Position numbers and translations under genes: made by a program. This document shows, piece by piece, positions 11,614 through 48,829 of a stretch of 64,000 bases of DNA; position 1 is the stretch's first letter, and each line of letters begins with the position of its first letter. Under the pieces are notes generated by a model that saw nothing but the letters and a program-made list of their open reading frames with translations, was not told where the DNA came from and did not search any database. The DNA comes from Macrostomum lignano (Eukaryota), in assembly GCA_002269645.1 (NCBI GenBank), contig NIVC01002870.1, positions 69,300-133,299 of the forward strand. The letters are read 5' to 3'.

Positions 11614-14243
11614 ATGGACTTTAAAAAAATTGCCGGAGGAATTACAGCTTCGATAAATCGGGCAGTTCAGGTAATTTTTCATTATTTTTGTTCCGTCTTT
11701 TTTACAGATTCATTTATTATTAAGATATTTAATTATAATAGGACAAATTAAATAAAAAATTAAAATACTTTGACAATCAACTTTCTCGAATGATTTACAT
11801 AAATACTGTATTTTCTATGAATAAAGTTTCGGTTTATATTCTTTGATTTTTTGATTACAGCTCACAGAAGAGAAACTGGGACAGACTGAGCGCACTCAAT
11901 ATGACGCTGAGTTTGAGGCGCTCCTGCTGCTGGCCGACCGCTCCGAGAAGTGGACGGAGCGCATGGCCAAGACGTCCGAGGCCGTGATGCAGCCCAACCC
12001 GGCCTACCGGGTGGAGGATTTCTTCAGCGGCAAGCTGGAAGCTGCCGGGCACCGGCGTCGGGAGCGGCCCTCGCCGCTCGAGGAGCTGGGCAGCGCGCTG
12101 GTGGCTGCCAGCAGCGAGATCGGCGGCATTGGAGTCGACGAAGGCGGCGGCGGCGGGATCAAGTTTACTGCGCAGGTGACTGTGGGAGTGATAAGACATC
12201 CCTCAATAGCACACAAGAAGCCTGTTGGGGGATCCCCATTTCCTGTAGCTCATAATCCCTATTTCCTGTAACTCATAGTCTCCAATTCCTGTAGCTCATA
12301 ATCCCCCAATTCCTGTAGCTCATAATCCCCAATTCCTGTAGCTCATAATCCCCAATTCCTGTAGCTCATAATCCCCATTTCCTATAGCTCATAATCCCCA
12401 ACTCCTGTAGCTCATAATCCCCAACTCCTGTAGCACAAAACCCCATTTCCTGTAGCTCATAGTCCCCATTTCCTGTAGCTCATAGTCCCCATTTCCTGTA
12501 GCTCATAGTCCCCATTTCCTGTAGCTCATAGTCCCCATTTCCTGTAGCTCATAGTCCCCAGTTCCTGTAGCTCATAGTCCCCAGTTCCTGTAGCTCATAG
12601 TCCCCAATTCCTGTAGCTCATAATCCCCAATTCCTGTAGCTCATAATCCCCAATTCCTGTAGCTCATAATCCCCAATTCCTGTAGCTCAAGGTCCCCAGT
12701 TCCTGTAGCTCATAGTCCCCAGTTCCTGTAGCTCATAATCCCCGATTCCTGTAGCACAAAACCCCATTTCCTGTAGCTCATAGTCCCCATTTCCTGTAGC
12801 TCATAATCCCCATTTCCTGTAGCTAATAACCCCCATTTCCTGTAGCTCATAGTCCCCATTTCCTGTAGCTCATAATCCCCAATTCCTGTAGCTAATAACC
12901 CCCATTTCCTGTAGCTCATAGTCCCCATTTCCTGTGTACTTCAGAATGTCATTTCTGCAGCTCAACATCTCCATCATCTGTGGTTCGAATCCTTTAATTT
13001 CACCCAGCCAGAATCCGAAATTCCTCTTCTTCCCAAAGGCTTCATCAGATGGCGCCGCCGCCACGGCCCGCTACGCGAAGTCGCTGGCGTTGGCGGGCCA
13101 CGCTGAGCTGCGCCTCGCCCAGCTGGAGGCGGACTTCTTGGCCAGCTGCGGCAGCGCCTTTGTCGCTCCGCTGCGCGCCCATCTGGCTGGCGATGCGCGC
13201 TCGCTGCGTAAAGAGCGCCGGTCGCTGGAGATTTTCCGATTGGATCTTGACTGGGCCAGGACCAGGCTGCGCAGGTGCGGTGATGATGAGGCGGCGAGGA
13301 GAGCGGTGAGTGGAGCACTGAAGCTGTACAGTTCTGAATACAAGGGCGGATCTAGAAGCTTATAATGCTGCCCGCTTACTAAATAATAGCGGCGCTTAAT
13401 GAATGATAGCGGCGCTTACTGAAACTACAATAGGTGTTAAGGAATGATAGCGGCGCTTACTGAAAAGACAGTGGCACTTACTGAATAATAAAGGCTCTTA
13501 CTGAATGACAGGGGCGCTTACTGAAATGATAGCAAAGCTTACTGAAACGAGAATAGTGCTTAATGAATGATAGCGGCGCTTACTGAATGACAGTGGCGCT
13601 TACTGAATGACAGCGGCGCTTACTGGAATGACAGTGGCGCTTACTGAATGACAGCGGCGCTTACTGGGATGACAGTGGCGCTTACTGAATGATAGCGGCG
13701 CTTACTGAATGACAGCGGCGCTTACTGAATGACAGTGGCGCTTACTGAATGATAGCGGCGCTTACTGAATGATAGCGGTGATTACTATACCAGCACTTAC
13801 TGTAGAATTAGTTGGGTAGCAGCGCTTACTGTAGGATTTGGAAGATAGTGGCGCTTTCTGAAGAATGGTGAGTGCGGCGGCGCTTACCAAAACGTTTTGA
13901 ATGTCCTACCAATCTACTACTGCAAGTAAGTGAATTGGAAATTTCAGGCAGAACAGGAGTGCGACAAAATGGAGGCGGAATTTGAGCATCAGTTGCGAGT
14001 AACCCGACTGCTTTTAGAAGGAGTCAACGCTACTCATGTGAGCACAGCGCTTTCATTGAGGTGAAATTGTCGACTAGTATATTTTGCTTCGATTATTTAC
14101 AATTCATATCTCTACACGTCACCATCAAGGACTACCACCTGAACTGCCTGAACGAGTTGGTGGCAGCTCAGCTGAACTACCACTCCGAGTGCCTGAATCG
14201 GCTGCAGCAGCTTCAGAGACAAATGGCCGACAAGACTGAATAA
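11614..14243 (+). CDS. SH3GLB1: Endophilin-B (SH3GLB/Bif-1)-type N-BAR protein, 280 aa, no SH3 domain
   Basis: Exons 11614-11670, 11861-12175, 13039-13305, 13948-14037, 14130-14243; all GT-AG and phase 0. Protein MDFKKIAGGITASINRAVQ-LTEEKLGQTERTQYDAEFE...KWTERMAKTSEAVMQPNP...RKERRSLEIFRLDLDWARTRL...FEHQLRVTRLLLEGVNATH-DYHLNCLNELVAAQLNYHSEC matches recalled endophilin-B motifs (RAVQFTEEKLGQAEKTELD, LLQPNP, RLDLDAAKTRL, ITRLLLEGISSTH). Confidence 0.92.
12235..12935. repeat. 23-bp minisatellite (TTCCTGTAGCTCATAATCCCCAA)n, endophilin intron 2
   Basis: About 30 tandem units. Confidence 0.95.
13370..13885. repeat. 20-bp minisatellite (CTTACTGAATGACAGCGGCG)n, endophilin intron 3
   Basis: Tandem units, degenerate at both ends. 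Confidence 0.9.
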
Positions 14244-15030
14244 AGTTTTGCCCGTTTCTCTACTTGCAGTAGCAAGTTGAGCGTTTTTTATCCAATTTCT
14301 GGATGCCAGTTCAACTGAAAGCCGACTATACTAAATGACATTAAGGCGTTAAGCGAAAGATGTCTAACTGAACACTTCCAAAAATAGCAGCTTTGAATCA
14401 CGGCTTCTTTTCCTTCTGATAACGCGTTTTTTACATTTATTTTGCTTTAATTAAATTTTGTTATACCTCGCTTCTTTATTTAAAAAAACTGTTGAATTTT
14501 GAATTTCAATTTAACCACGGTGAAACTAGTCCTGAGGTGCGGTGCAACTTTGCTTCCGTTTGACTATCGCGGGAAGACCACGCGATAATACTACTTACTG
14601 CGAGAGTAGCTTGAAGACATCGGTTGATACATTTTTGTTACATGTATGTACATGTATGCAGAAATGTATTTTTATTTATTTAATCTTATGACGGTAAATT
14701 GTGCTGCATTGAAATATTTTTTTTTTCATAAGAATAAGATGCTCATAAACTCTAAGTACTTTATTGCCTATTAAATATATCGTTTTAATCTCTATTTGAG
14801 CAGCTTTTTTGAATCAATTAGTATGCTCTAGACAAGGACTTCTATAATTAGCATCTGGAGTGGAAACGAGGTTTTGACTCCTTTGGATCTGTTGGGACAT
14901 TTGATGGAATTCGCGGGAAAACCATCGAAAAGAAAAAGCCTAACAGGAACTGTCCTTCTCTTAAGCCACTTAGAATGACAAAATGCGCTGAGAGCACAGA
15001 GCCATAGACATTCAATGCTGGACTGACGTG

Positions 15031-15508
15031 TAAAAAATTAAATTAATCTTTCCACTCCAGATGCTGATTATAGAACTCCTTGGCTCTAGATAACGCATAG
15101 CGCTGAATGAGGTTTGGCCATAGACAAATTCTGTCGATAAAAATCCAGATTTCTCGAGAGCCTACTAGGAGCCTTAGCTCCCTGCCACGGAAATGAATAA
15201 ACGGGGAATAACTGATACTGATTACACCTGCCATAATGGGCAGATGCGCAACCAACAGCTCAGCCGCAGCTATTGCGCAACGCATCTGAAGGCTGCGTAC
15301 GGCTGTTCAGTCCAAGGACTGGGGGTCGCCACACTCACCCTCAATTACCCCAGCTCATGCTGACACCCATTTTACAGCTGGGTGAACTGCAGCACTGCAA
15401 AGTTAAGTGTCTTGCTCAATGACACAAATTGTTGCAAGTGGGATCGGGAATCGAACCGCCGACCTTCAAGTCGTGAGTGCGAGGCTCTAACCACGAGGCT
15501 ACAACCCC
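15031..15508 (-). mobile_element. tRNA-derived SINE with CORE-like central domain
   Basis: Head GGGGTTGTAGCCTCGTGG... with A box (15501-15491) and B box GGTTCGATTCC (15457-15447). Then TGTGTCATTGAGCAAGACACTTAAC...CAGTTCACCCAGCTGTAAAATGGG (15426-15366), resembling the MIR/CORE consensus. AT-rich 3' end; the 3' boundary is approximate. Confidence 0.75.
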
Positions 15509-16481
15509 AAGAGTAAATGCACTAGCGTTAACGACAGATATGTGTACTATAAATCTACAATATCCGCCGAAATTTGTTCTGTGGAAATGAAAGTCCGAGA
15601 CTGCAGCGCAGCTATCCGGCCGAGGCGAAGCAGTCTTCTTGGACTCAATTTGAGGCCAGTTGTATGAAGTCTGACCATAGACTACGCGAAAGAGAGACAT
15701 CCTACGGAAAAGAAAGGCCAAGTTAAATAAGCCATTAATCAGTTTCAGTACGGTAGGTTAAATGGCCTCCAGGTGGTTTCTAAGAAAATCGAGAGTAATC
15801 GAGAGTCCACGCTTCAAGTTCATAACTATGCTGGCAATAAATAATAAAAATAAGCTGTATTTATTGTTGTTATGCCCTCGAGAGCAAATCGGCGGCCAAG
15901 GCTTAGTGGATGCTGGTATTCGCATATATTTATTTGATATAATAATTTATCAGGTTTGCAACAGATCTACCAGCTCATAATTAAACAGCAGTTTATATCT
16001 TCACAGACGTTCAGATTCTCACTACTAGCTGGGAATATAAAAATAAATGTGTTGAGAGGGTTGCATACAATATAATGTGCTGTGTCCATGAGGTATGCTT
16101 TGTATTATTATGGAGAGCGAGAGAGAGAGAGAGCGAATTCGAAAAAGTGCCTCAAAACGTTTTGAAAAATAATAAAATTTGAACGTGCGCCAAAGTATGT
16201 TCAGTGCAGTAAAACAAATGAGCTTTAGTCAGATAGTATTGATTGCTGGGATTTTGGACTGTTATTTAGGGATAGCTCAGGGATTAGCGAGAATACAGGA
16301 AATGAGATACATGTACTGCATACAGTGTAAAGTGCGGTCTGGTGCAAAATCACCCAATGCCAGTTTGCCTTATTCAATGCAGTCAGACAAGTTTTTTGAA
16401 GTCAGCGCATTGTTGCTTGCGACGGGCAAGATTGCCGCTATGACTTGCGAGTCTGGAAAATTAATTATCATTGTAGCTAAA

Positions 16482-16586
16482 CTGTCTGTAAGCTGTAGCT
16501 AAACTGTCTGTAAGCTGTAGCTAAACTGTCTGTAAGCTGTAGCTAAACTGTCTGTAAGCTGTAGCTACTGTAAACTGTCTGTAAGC
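16482..16586. repeat. 22-bp minisatellite (AAACTGTCTGTAAGCTGTAGCT)n just downstream of the collagen stop
   Basis: About 4.5 copies. Confidence 0.85.
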
Positions 16587-16622
16587 AATACCTGCAGCAG
16601 TCAACCGTCCGTGACGCACCTT

Positions 16623-40641
<24,019 letters not shown>

Positions 40642-41014
40642 GCTGACCCAGACTGCGAAACTCTGTCTCAGATGCAAGACTGCTCGGCGCGGAGCTGTCT
40701 TTCTTGCGTTAAAGATGAAATACAGTCCAAACTGGGCCAGAACTTCAGTACTATGGCGCACAGGGGGACCAGGCTTGCAAGCGAAGCCTATTGGCTCATA
40801 GAGGTGCAGCCAATAGGCATGCGGATTTTCAAACTCTTAGACAGATTCAGACTATAGTTGAGTTTGATGACATCATACGAGTAATCGCTGGCTAATGACC
40901 CGACTGACACCTTTGAAAGAGTACTGACATCCCTGCACCTGACACCTTGATTTGAGATGACATTTTGCTAGCGACCTGACAGACTACAGAGACCCAACAT
41001 CCATTCGAGATCCG

Positions 41015-42385
41015 ACACCTTTGTTACATAGCTATCTGACATTTTTACCCGAGCTCTGACACCTTTGTTACATAGCGATCTGACATCTTTACCCGAGCTC
41101 TGACACCTTTGTTACATAGCGATCTGACATCTTTACCCGAGCTCTGACACCTTTGTTACATAACGATCTGACATCTTTACCCGAGCTCTGACACCTTTGT
41201 TACATAGCGATCTGACATCTCTACCCGAGCCCTGACACCTTTGTTACATAGCGATCTGACATCTTTACCCGAGCCCTGACACCTTTGTTACATAGCGATC
41301 TGACATCTTTACCCGAGCTCTGACACCTTTGTTACATAGCGATCTGACATTTTTACCAGAGCCCTGACACCTTTGTTACATAGCGATCTGACATCTTTAC
41401 CCGAGCTCTGACACCTTTGTTACATAGCGATCTGACATTTTTACCCGAGCCCTGACACCTTTGTTACATAGCGATCTGACATCTTTACCCGAGCCCTGAC
41501 ACCTTTGTTACATAGCGATCTGACATCTTTACCAGAGCCCTGACACCTTTGTTACATAGCGATCTGACATCTTTACCCGAGCTCTGACACCTTTGTTACA
41601 TAGCGATCTGACATCTCTACCCGAGCCCTGACACCTTTGTTACATAGCGATCTGACATCTTTACCCGAGCCCTGACACCTTTGTTACATAGCGATCTGAC
41701 ATCTCTACCCGAGCCCTGACACCTCTGTTACATAGCGATCTGACATCTTTACCCGAGCTCTGACACCTTTGTTACATAGCGATCTGACATCTTTACCAGA
41801 GCTCTGACACCTTTGTTACATAGCGATCTGACATCTTTACCAGAGCTCTGACACCTTTGTTACATAGCGAACTGACATCTTTACCAGAGCCCTGACACCT
41901 TTGTTACATAGCTATCTGACATCTTTACCCGAGCTCTGACACCTTTGTTACATAGCTGTCTGACATTTTTACCCTAGCCCTGACACCTTTGTTACATAGC
42001 TATCTGACATCTTTACCCGAGCTCTGACACCTTTGTTACATAGCGATCTGACATCTCTACCCGAGCTCTGACACCTTTGTTACATAGCTATCTGACATCT
42101 TTACCCGAGCTCTGACACCTTTGTTACATAGCTGTCTGACATTTTTACCCTAGCCCTGACACCTTTGTTACATAGCGATCTGACATTTTTACCCGAGCTC
42201 TGACACCTTTGTTACATAGCGATCTGACATCTCTACCCGAGCCCTGACACCTTTGTTACATAGCGATCTGACATTTTTACCCGAGCTCTGACACCTTTGT
42301 TACATAGCTGTCTGACATTTTTACCCTAGCTCTGACACCTTTGTTACATAGCGATCTGACATCTTTACCCGAGCTCTGGCACCTT
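41015..42385. repeat. 44-bp minisatellite (TGACACCTTTGTTACATAGCGATCTGACATCTTTACCCGAGCTC)n
   Basis: About 31 tandem units without unique spacers. Confidence 0.96.
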
Positions 42386-42592
42386 TGCCCGTAGTAGGCA
42401 GTCAATCTACTGGATCGCAAATCAAATCTACCCCAATAAAATTACGAAATTAACAAAGCCGGAAAAAGTCAGTCAACAGAAACAGTTGTTCACACCCTTT
42501 CCGCAAGTACGCGGGCCCTTCGACACAAAAATCCAAGATTTGTAATTATTTTCCAATAGTAAATTTATATTAATTTTATTATTATTAGTTAC

Positions 42593-42815
42593 CTTGGATA
42601 ACTACAGCCTGAGCAGATGGCACAGGGCAAGCGCACACGGCGGGCCAGCAGAACAGGTGTGGCAGCGGTAATGGCAACGGGAAAGGAGGCAGATGAAGCG
42701 GCTATGAATTAGTGGACGAGATTTTTAGCAAGCTTATTGCTGATTGGCCGGCCAGATTTCAACTTTCTAGCCCCCTGGCAGACAGCCACTCCATCCTCCG
42801 CCATCTGATTGGCCA
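42593..42815 (-). promoter_or_regulatory. Candidate collagen promoter and 5' UTR exon (two CCAAT boxes, donor at 42592)
   Basis: Minus-strand CCAATCAG at ~42742 and ~42813; an ATG-free segment ends in CCAAG|GTAACT at 42593/42592. Inference only. Confidence 0.3.
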
Positions 42816-43214
42816 ACACCAATTCCTCCAAAAGTACCAGGAATCAACGAAGCAGCAAGTGGGGCGTATGTACAGAAGACAAGCGGATGCTATATAAAAG
42901 GTGGCGGCAGTTACACGAGCATTCGGTGGGGGGGGGAGAATGGCAGCTGATGAGTGAGTGGCACAGTAACAAGCAAAGCGTTCTGAGGGACTGGGAGAGC
43001 AAAGTTGCAGCACCGAGTGTCTTCTTCTAATGCTGTTGCATCTTTGAAATAGGAAAATGCCACCAACTTTGGCAGCGAGTGAGAAGTGGAGGAAAATCCT
43101 AAATGAATGCAGAGGAAGCCTTGGACGAGATTGGGTGGGAATTAAGACTAGGAAAAGGGTGAGATTAATTTAGAGACTCGTTAAGATTAAAGAGAGACTT
43201 TCTGGGATTAATAG

Positions 43215-43645
43215 AGACTGGGTGAGATAAATTAAGAAACTGGGTGAGGTAAATTGAGAGACTAGGTGAGATAAATTAAGAGACTGGGGTGAGATAAACT
43301 GAGAGAGTGGGGTGAGATAAACTGAGAGACTGGGTGAGATAAATTAAGAGACTGGGTGAGATAAACCAAGAGACTGGGGTGAGATACATTGAGAGACTGG
43401 GGTGAGATAAATCAAGAGACTGGGGTGAGATAAACTGAGAGACTGGGGTGAGATAAATCAAGAGACTGGGTGAGATAAATCAAGAGACTGGGGTGAGATA
43501 CATTGAGAGACTGGGTGAGATAAATCAAGAGACTGGGGTGAGATAAACTGAGAGACTGGGTGAGATAAATGAAGAGACTAAGGTGACATAAATTAAGAGA
43601 CTGGGTGAGATAAATCAAGAGACTAAGGTGAGACAAATGAAGAGA
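43215..43645. repeat. ~23-bp minisatellite (GAGACTGGGTGAGATAAATCAA)n
   Basis: About 18 degenerate units. Confidence 0.88.
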
Positions 43646-44361
43646 AAATGCTAGACAGGATGGAGATTAAAGACAACAAGTGAGACGGCAGGTTGCAAAC
43701 CGGCTAAAGAGAGGAAAAGCAGACCAAATGAGGCAAGCAAAGGTAAGCAAGGAGAGACACAGCAGGTGAACAGAGCAAGTTGCCCAGCGGGCGGGTTTGA
43801 AAAGACAAGTTACAAAAAATACAACAAAAAGGCTGGGGGCAATAGAGCATAAAACTTTGGATTAACTGCATTTAGTGCGTCTGCGGTGAGCGAATCAAAT
43901 ATACAGGTAATCAATCATAAGCAGAGACTGCAGTTGGTGAAGTTTTGAATTAGCAAATCAGATCAACTATTAGAGAGAAATTTTGCAGCTGACTGAGAGA
44001 CCAGCTGGGTGGGGACGGGGGACTCATGGACTGCAACAGAATTTTTAATTTACTATTTAAAAAATAAATAAAAACTTGTAACCTGGACACGATAAAAAGC
44101 CAAGAGGGTCGTTCGGGAGAACAAAAGCAATAATAATAAGAAATACGCAGACACGGTTGTAAAACTGGCGGTCAAATATTTGGCAGCTGGGCTGGGTTGG
44201 CCAGTGAGTTTCGTGCGCGCGGCAGAATGTACATTGGAGGAGAGGAAAGGGGGTGGAGGCGGCGCCGCACTCTCGTTGAGGCGCATCAGGAAAAGAGGGG
44301 GGGCAAAATGACACAATGTACACGCCTTTCTAGCTTAACGGCAAATTTCCCTAAAGTGTAC

Positions 44362-45115
44362 GCCAGAATGTACATTCCCCAGATGTACACTAGAATGTAC
44401 ATTCCCCAGATGTACACGAGAATGTACATTCCGCAGATGTACACTAGAATGTACATTCCCCAGATGTACAGTAGAATGTACATTCCGCAGATGTACACTA
44501 GAATGTACATTCCCCAGATGTACACTAGAATGTACATCAGCTGATGCACACTAGAATGTACATTCCCCAGATGCACACTAGAATGTACATTCCCCAGATG
44601 TACACTAGAATGTACATCAGCTGATGCACACTAGAATGTACATTCCCCAGATGCACACTAGAATGTACATTCCCCAGATGTACACTAGAATGTACATCAG
44701 CTGATGCACACTAGAATGTACATTCCCCAGATGTACACTAGAATGTACAACACACTGAATGTACATTTCCCTGATGTACCCTAGAATGTAAATTTCCCGG
44801 ATGTACAATAGCATGCACATTCCGCTGATGTACACTAGAATGTACATTCCGCTGATGTACACTAGAATGCACATTCCGCTGATGTACACTAGAATGTACA
44901 TTCCCTAGATGTACACTAGAATGTACATCAGCCTGATGCACACTAGAATGTACATTCCCGATGCACACTAGAATGTACATTCCCCAGATGTACACTAGAA
45001 TGTACAACACACTGAATGTACATTCCGCAGATGTACACTAGAATGTAAATTTCCCGGATGTACAATAGCATGCACATTCCGCTGATGTACACTAGAATGT
45101 AAATTTCTCTGATGT
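44362..45115. repeat. 27-bp minisatellite (GATGTACACTAGAATGTACATTCCCCA)n
   Basis: About 27 units with indel variants. Confidence 0.93.
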
Positions 45116-45784
45116 ACAGTTTTGGGTGTACAAAAGTACATTAGACCCTGGAACATGACAGGAAAAGCGTGTACATACAGTCAAACAAAGCAGATAATAG
45201 TAAAAAGCATACAGCAAAAGCTCCAAGCGTCATGCGCATAGAATGAGAATCAACCAACTCGCCTATTGCACGCACTGGGGCTGGCAGGCAGGTAAAAAAT
45301 AGACAAAACAAATCGCTGACCGGGAACTGAGTCCTGTGTGAAATAAACGAAACTTATTAAAATAAGATTGGGTCGGGTTCTCAACCTTTGGCAAGATCAG
45401 CGGTTGTCGCTGATGAATCAGGTCTCTGGAAAATCGGGGGGGGGGGGGTCGCAGCTCCCACTACCGGAAGACGGTGGGCGGCGGGCAGCGGCAGCGGAAA
45501 TAAAGTCAAAAAAGGTCAAAATAACTCATTATCAGCAAATAAATAGAAAGATAAATGACACGGAGGAAATGGGAAGCAAAATATAATAAAAAAATACATA
45601 CAGAGATGGATAGGGAATTCCACACGGATACAAGCGGAACTCGGGCCTGATAAAAAGCAGCTATGCTCCTCAGTCTCTGCCAGTTTGATAACAAATTTGT
45701 ACAGAATAGGGAGAGGCTGGGCGGGGACGAAGAGCAAGAGGAGGAGACGCTCTGGCACACAACTGCACAACCCCAAATGCCAGT

Positions 45785-48700
45785 CTAGTGGGGATGGCTG
45801 GAGACGGACAGGTAGGTGTGGGCGCCGCGATTCTCGGGAGTGCCGCCAGGTACAAAGGAGCCCGGCGGCCGGACCACGCCCACATTGTAGTTTGGCGGGA
45901 ACTGCGGCTGCTGCTGCGGCTGAGGAGAGAAGAACTGCTGCTGTTGCTGCTGTCTGCTTCGTGGACCCCGCTGCTGCTGCTGCTGCTGCTGAGGCACCGC
46001 GTAGCCAACAGCTGCCGGGGCAACAGCGGCATGATGCTGCGGCATGGGGACAGCGAGCGAGTGCAGCTGCGGATGGAACTGCTGGTGCTGCGGCTGGTAG
46101 AACTGAATGGCAGCGGAGGCGGCCTGGTGGGCCTGGGGAGCGGCATAGTAGGCCTGGTGAGGGTCCGGCAGTGCCGCTGGAGCGGCGGCGGCGGCTCCGT
46201 AGGGCCAGGCGGCCGGGGGAGCCATGGCTATCATTGGACCGGCTGCGTACTGGGCGGCCACGGCGGCCATCGCCGATGGGTTGTGCGGCTGCGGCTGCAG
46301 AGGCGCGGCCGGCTGCTGCTGCTGCTGCGGTGGCTGCGGCTGAGGAATCTGGGCCGGGCCGGACACCTGAACCTGCGGCTGCTGGGGCATGGGAGCCGGC
46401 ACGTACTGAGGCTGCGGCGGCGGCGGTGGCGGCAGCGGAGGAGGCTGGTGGGCCTGATGATGATGATGGTGATGTGGAGGCGGCGGCGGCGGCGGCGGCA
46501 TCGGGTGCTGGTGATGCTGGGCAAAGTGGCCGTGAGGAGGATGATGAGGCGGCCCGTGATGCTGCACTGGCATCATCTGTTGGTACCTAGCCATACGTCG
46601 CTCCTCCTTTCTCTGCTTGGCCCGCTCGGACACTGGCCGGGCCATACTGACTGACAGCTGACTTCCAGCCAATTCCGTCCCGTTCATGGCCTCCACCGCG
46701 CGGACCGCCGCGTCCCGATTGGCGAAGTGCACGAAGGCGTACTCGGACTGCACCAGGCGGACTCGCTCTGGCTGGCCGCAGTCTGCGCCAGCGAAGGCCT
46801 CGGCCAGCTGCTGCTCAGTGACTGACGGCGAGATGCCGCGAACGTAGACGGCGCGGACGGTCTCTAGCGCGGCCGGGTCCGGCTCCTCCAGCGGGTCGGC
46901 CCAGTCCACCCAAACGTCGGCGGCGGCCGGCCAGACGCGGGGCTGGCGCTGCAGACGGCGCCTGGCTGCGCTGGCCGCGCTGTGCTTCTTGAATTCAACG
47001 AAGCAGAAGCCGCGATTCTTGCGCGGTACGCCGGGGACGCCGCCGCCGCCGTTGGGGCCGGTCGGCGCGGTCACGATGACGTCAACAACGCCGTCGAGGT
47101 GGCTCTGGAAGTCGGCTAGCAGCTCCTCGCGGCTCTTCGTCTTTGGCACGTTGCCGACAAACAGGCGCAGATTGGGGTTGGTGATGTTCACCTGGGAGAG
47201 GCGGGGTAAACGGCGGGAGTAACTATGCAATTCCAAACAATAGTAAGTAGGCCGTCAGCTTATCAGCAATGAGCAAGGTAATTGATTGTTTACCATATCT
47301 GAATGGAACTGAGTTAAGCGCACTAACCAAGTCTGACGTTGGTTCGAGTCGCAACTGTTGACAAACTTTGCATTTTGTGCTTCCACCTCAATACCTGATT
47401 TTATTTAAGCACTGTACTTTTTAATATAGGAATAGGAATAAGATAGAGTAATATTACAAGAACAAGACAATACATTCCTCACATGTACAGCTGCCAATCT
47501 TGGCTAACTGAATTCGAACTAAAAAGCAAACAATCATCTAATCTCTATCCCTCTCTCGCTGTATCTCTACCCCGCTCTCACTGTATCTCTCCCCCGCTCT
47601 CACTGTATCTCTACCCCGCTCTCACTGTATCTCTACCCTCTCTCACTGTATCTCTACCCTCTCTCACTGTATCTCTACCCTCTCTCACTGTATCTCTACC
47701 CTCTCTCACTGTATCTCTACCCCTCTCTCGCTGTATCTCTCTTTCTCTCCTCCTCTCAACCGACCTGCAGGTGCCGCCGCGTAGCAGCCTCGTAGCCGTT
47801 GAACTTCTCCACAGCCGCGGCAGCGTCCTCTTTGTTGGCATAGCACACGAAGCCGAAGCCGCGGCCGCAGCCGGTGTTCGGGTCCACCATGACGCGAACA
47901 TCGCACACGTTGCCAACACTGGAAAACAACTCGTACAGCTGGTCCTCGTACATGCCTCTGGGCAGGTGACCGACAAACACTTCCCGGCCGGTGGGGTCCA
48001 GCGCCGCCTGCGGAGAGTAGCAAGCAAATGGGAAGACAGGCCTCAGCTAGGAGGTCCCAGGCTGGAATCCAGGCAGGGCCACATTTCAACTAACAGCAAT
48101 AAGTGGTGGCTATTTTAGTCCGTTCCGCACGTGGCCATCACCACCACATTCACTTGAGGCTTGCAGCACGAAACTTTGACCCGGGGGTCAGGGCCTGCTG
48201 CTGTACATCCTGTGTGAGCGCTTGCATAAGGCGATACTCCGGGGCGCTCACAACACTCCTGCGAATATACTCAGCAAGAGTACTCACTCACTAAAGAATG
48301 TCCCTTCAGGACGCCACAAGTAGTAACAAGCGCAAATCACCTGCTCTCCATTGGTTGACGGTCCCAGTCGGCGCTGGCCAACTGTGACGAAGTGCTCCAG
48401 CCCGGTGCGCTCCAGCAGAGCCTTCAGCGCCTGCGGATCGGGGCCCAGATTGCCTGGTCCGGCCGCCTGCGGCTGCTGCTGTTGCTGGTAGCGGTACTGC
48501 TGATAGTGCTGCTGCCGATGCTGGCTACCGCCGTTGCCAATGACAACGCCGTTAGGAACCGGCCTTGCCGCAGAGTCGCCAGCGCCAGTGGCTACATTAG
48601 TTGATGAGGCCGCTTGGTCAGCTGGTGGAGCCTCCGCAGCGGATGACTCATCATCAGTGTCTGGTGTGCCGTTGCCATTCTGCTTCGGTGGCTGCGGCGT

Positions 48701-48829
48701 TGCTTTCGTATCCAAGGACACCGCCTCCATGGCTGAGGCAGCAGACTCTGCATCAGCTGCTGCCTCGGCTGCTGGAGCGGGCATCTTGGCTGGGCCCGCC
48801 TTTGATTTGCTCGATGCCGCCTTTGACAT
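45785..48829 (-). CDS. SYNCRIP: hnRNP Q/R (SYNCRIP)/A1CF/RBM47-family three-RRM RNA-binding protein, ~712 aa
   Basis: Exons 48829-48341, 48007-47765, 47191-45785; GT-AG, phase 0. Motifs ALKALLERTG...GQRR, EVFVGHLPRGMYEDQL...VMVDPNTGCGRGFGFV, RLFVGNVPKTKSREE...KNRGFCFVEF...AARRRL...VDWADPLEEPDP, YAFVHF...AVEAMNG...RKEERR match the family. The exact paralogue is not resolvable by eye. Confidence 0.88.
47560..47745. repeat. 21-bp minisatellite (CTCTCACTGTATCTCTACCCT)n, hnRNP intron 2
   Basis: About 8 units starting near the donor at 47764. Confidence 0.9.

Noticed and set aside
15440-15508. tRNA gene
   Set aside because: A and B boxes are present, but it runs into a CORE-like domain and tail without a convincing acceptor stem; it is a SINE head.
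41015-42385. CRISPR-like regular repeats (also 1-396 and 56660-57492)
   Set aside because: Units are directly tandem with no unique spacers; eukaryotic context; no cas genes.
42889-42900. Plus-strand TATA box (TATATAAAAG) implying a hidden gene
   Set aside because: No credible downstream ORF or exon chain on the plus strand before the hnRNP 3' end; could be chance or a noncoding transcript.
45670-46654. Overlapping plus-strand and shifted ORFs within the hnRNP last exon
   Set aside because: Shadow ORFs of CAG/CCG-rich coding sequence.
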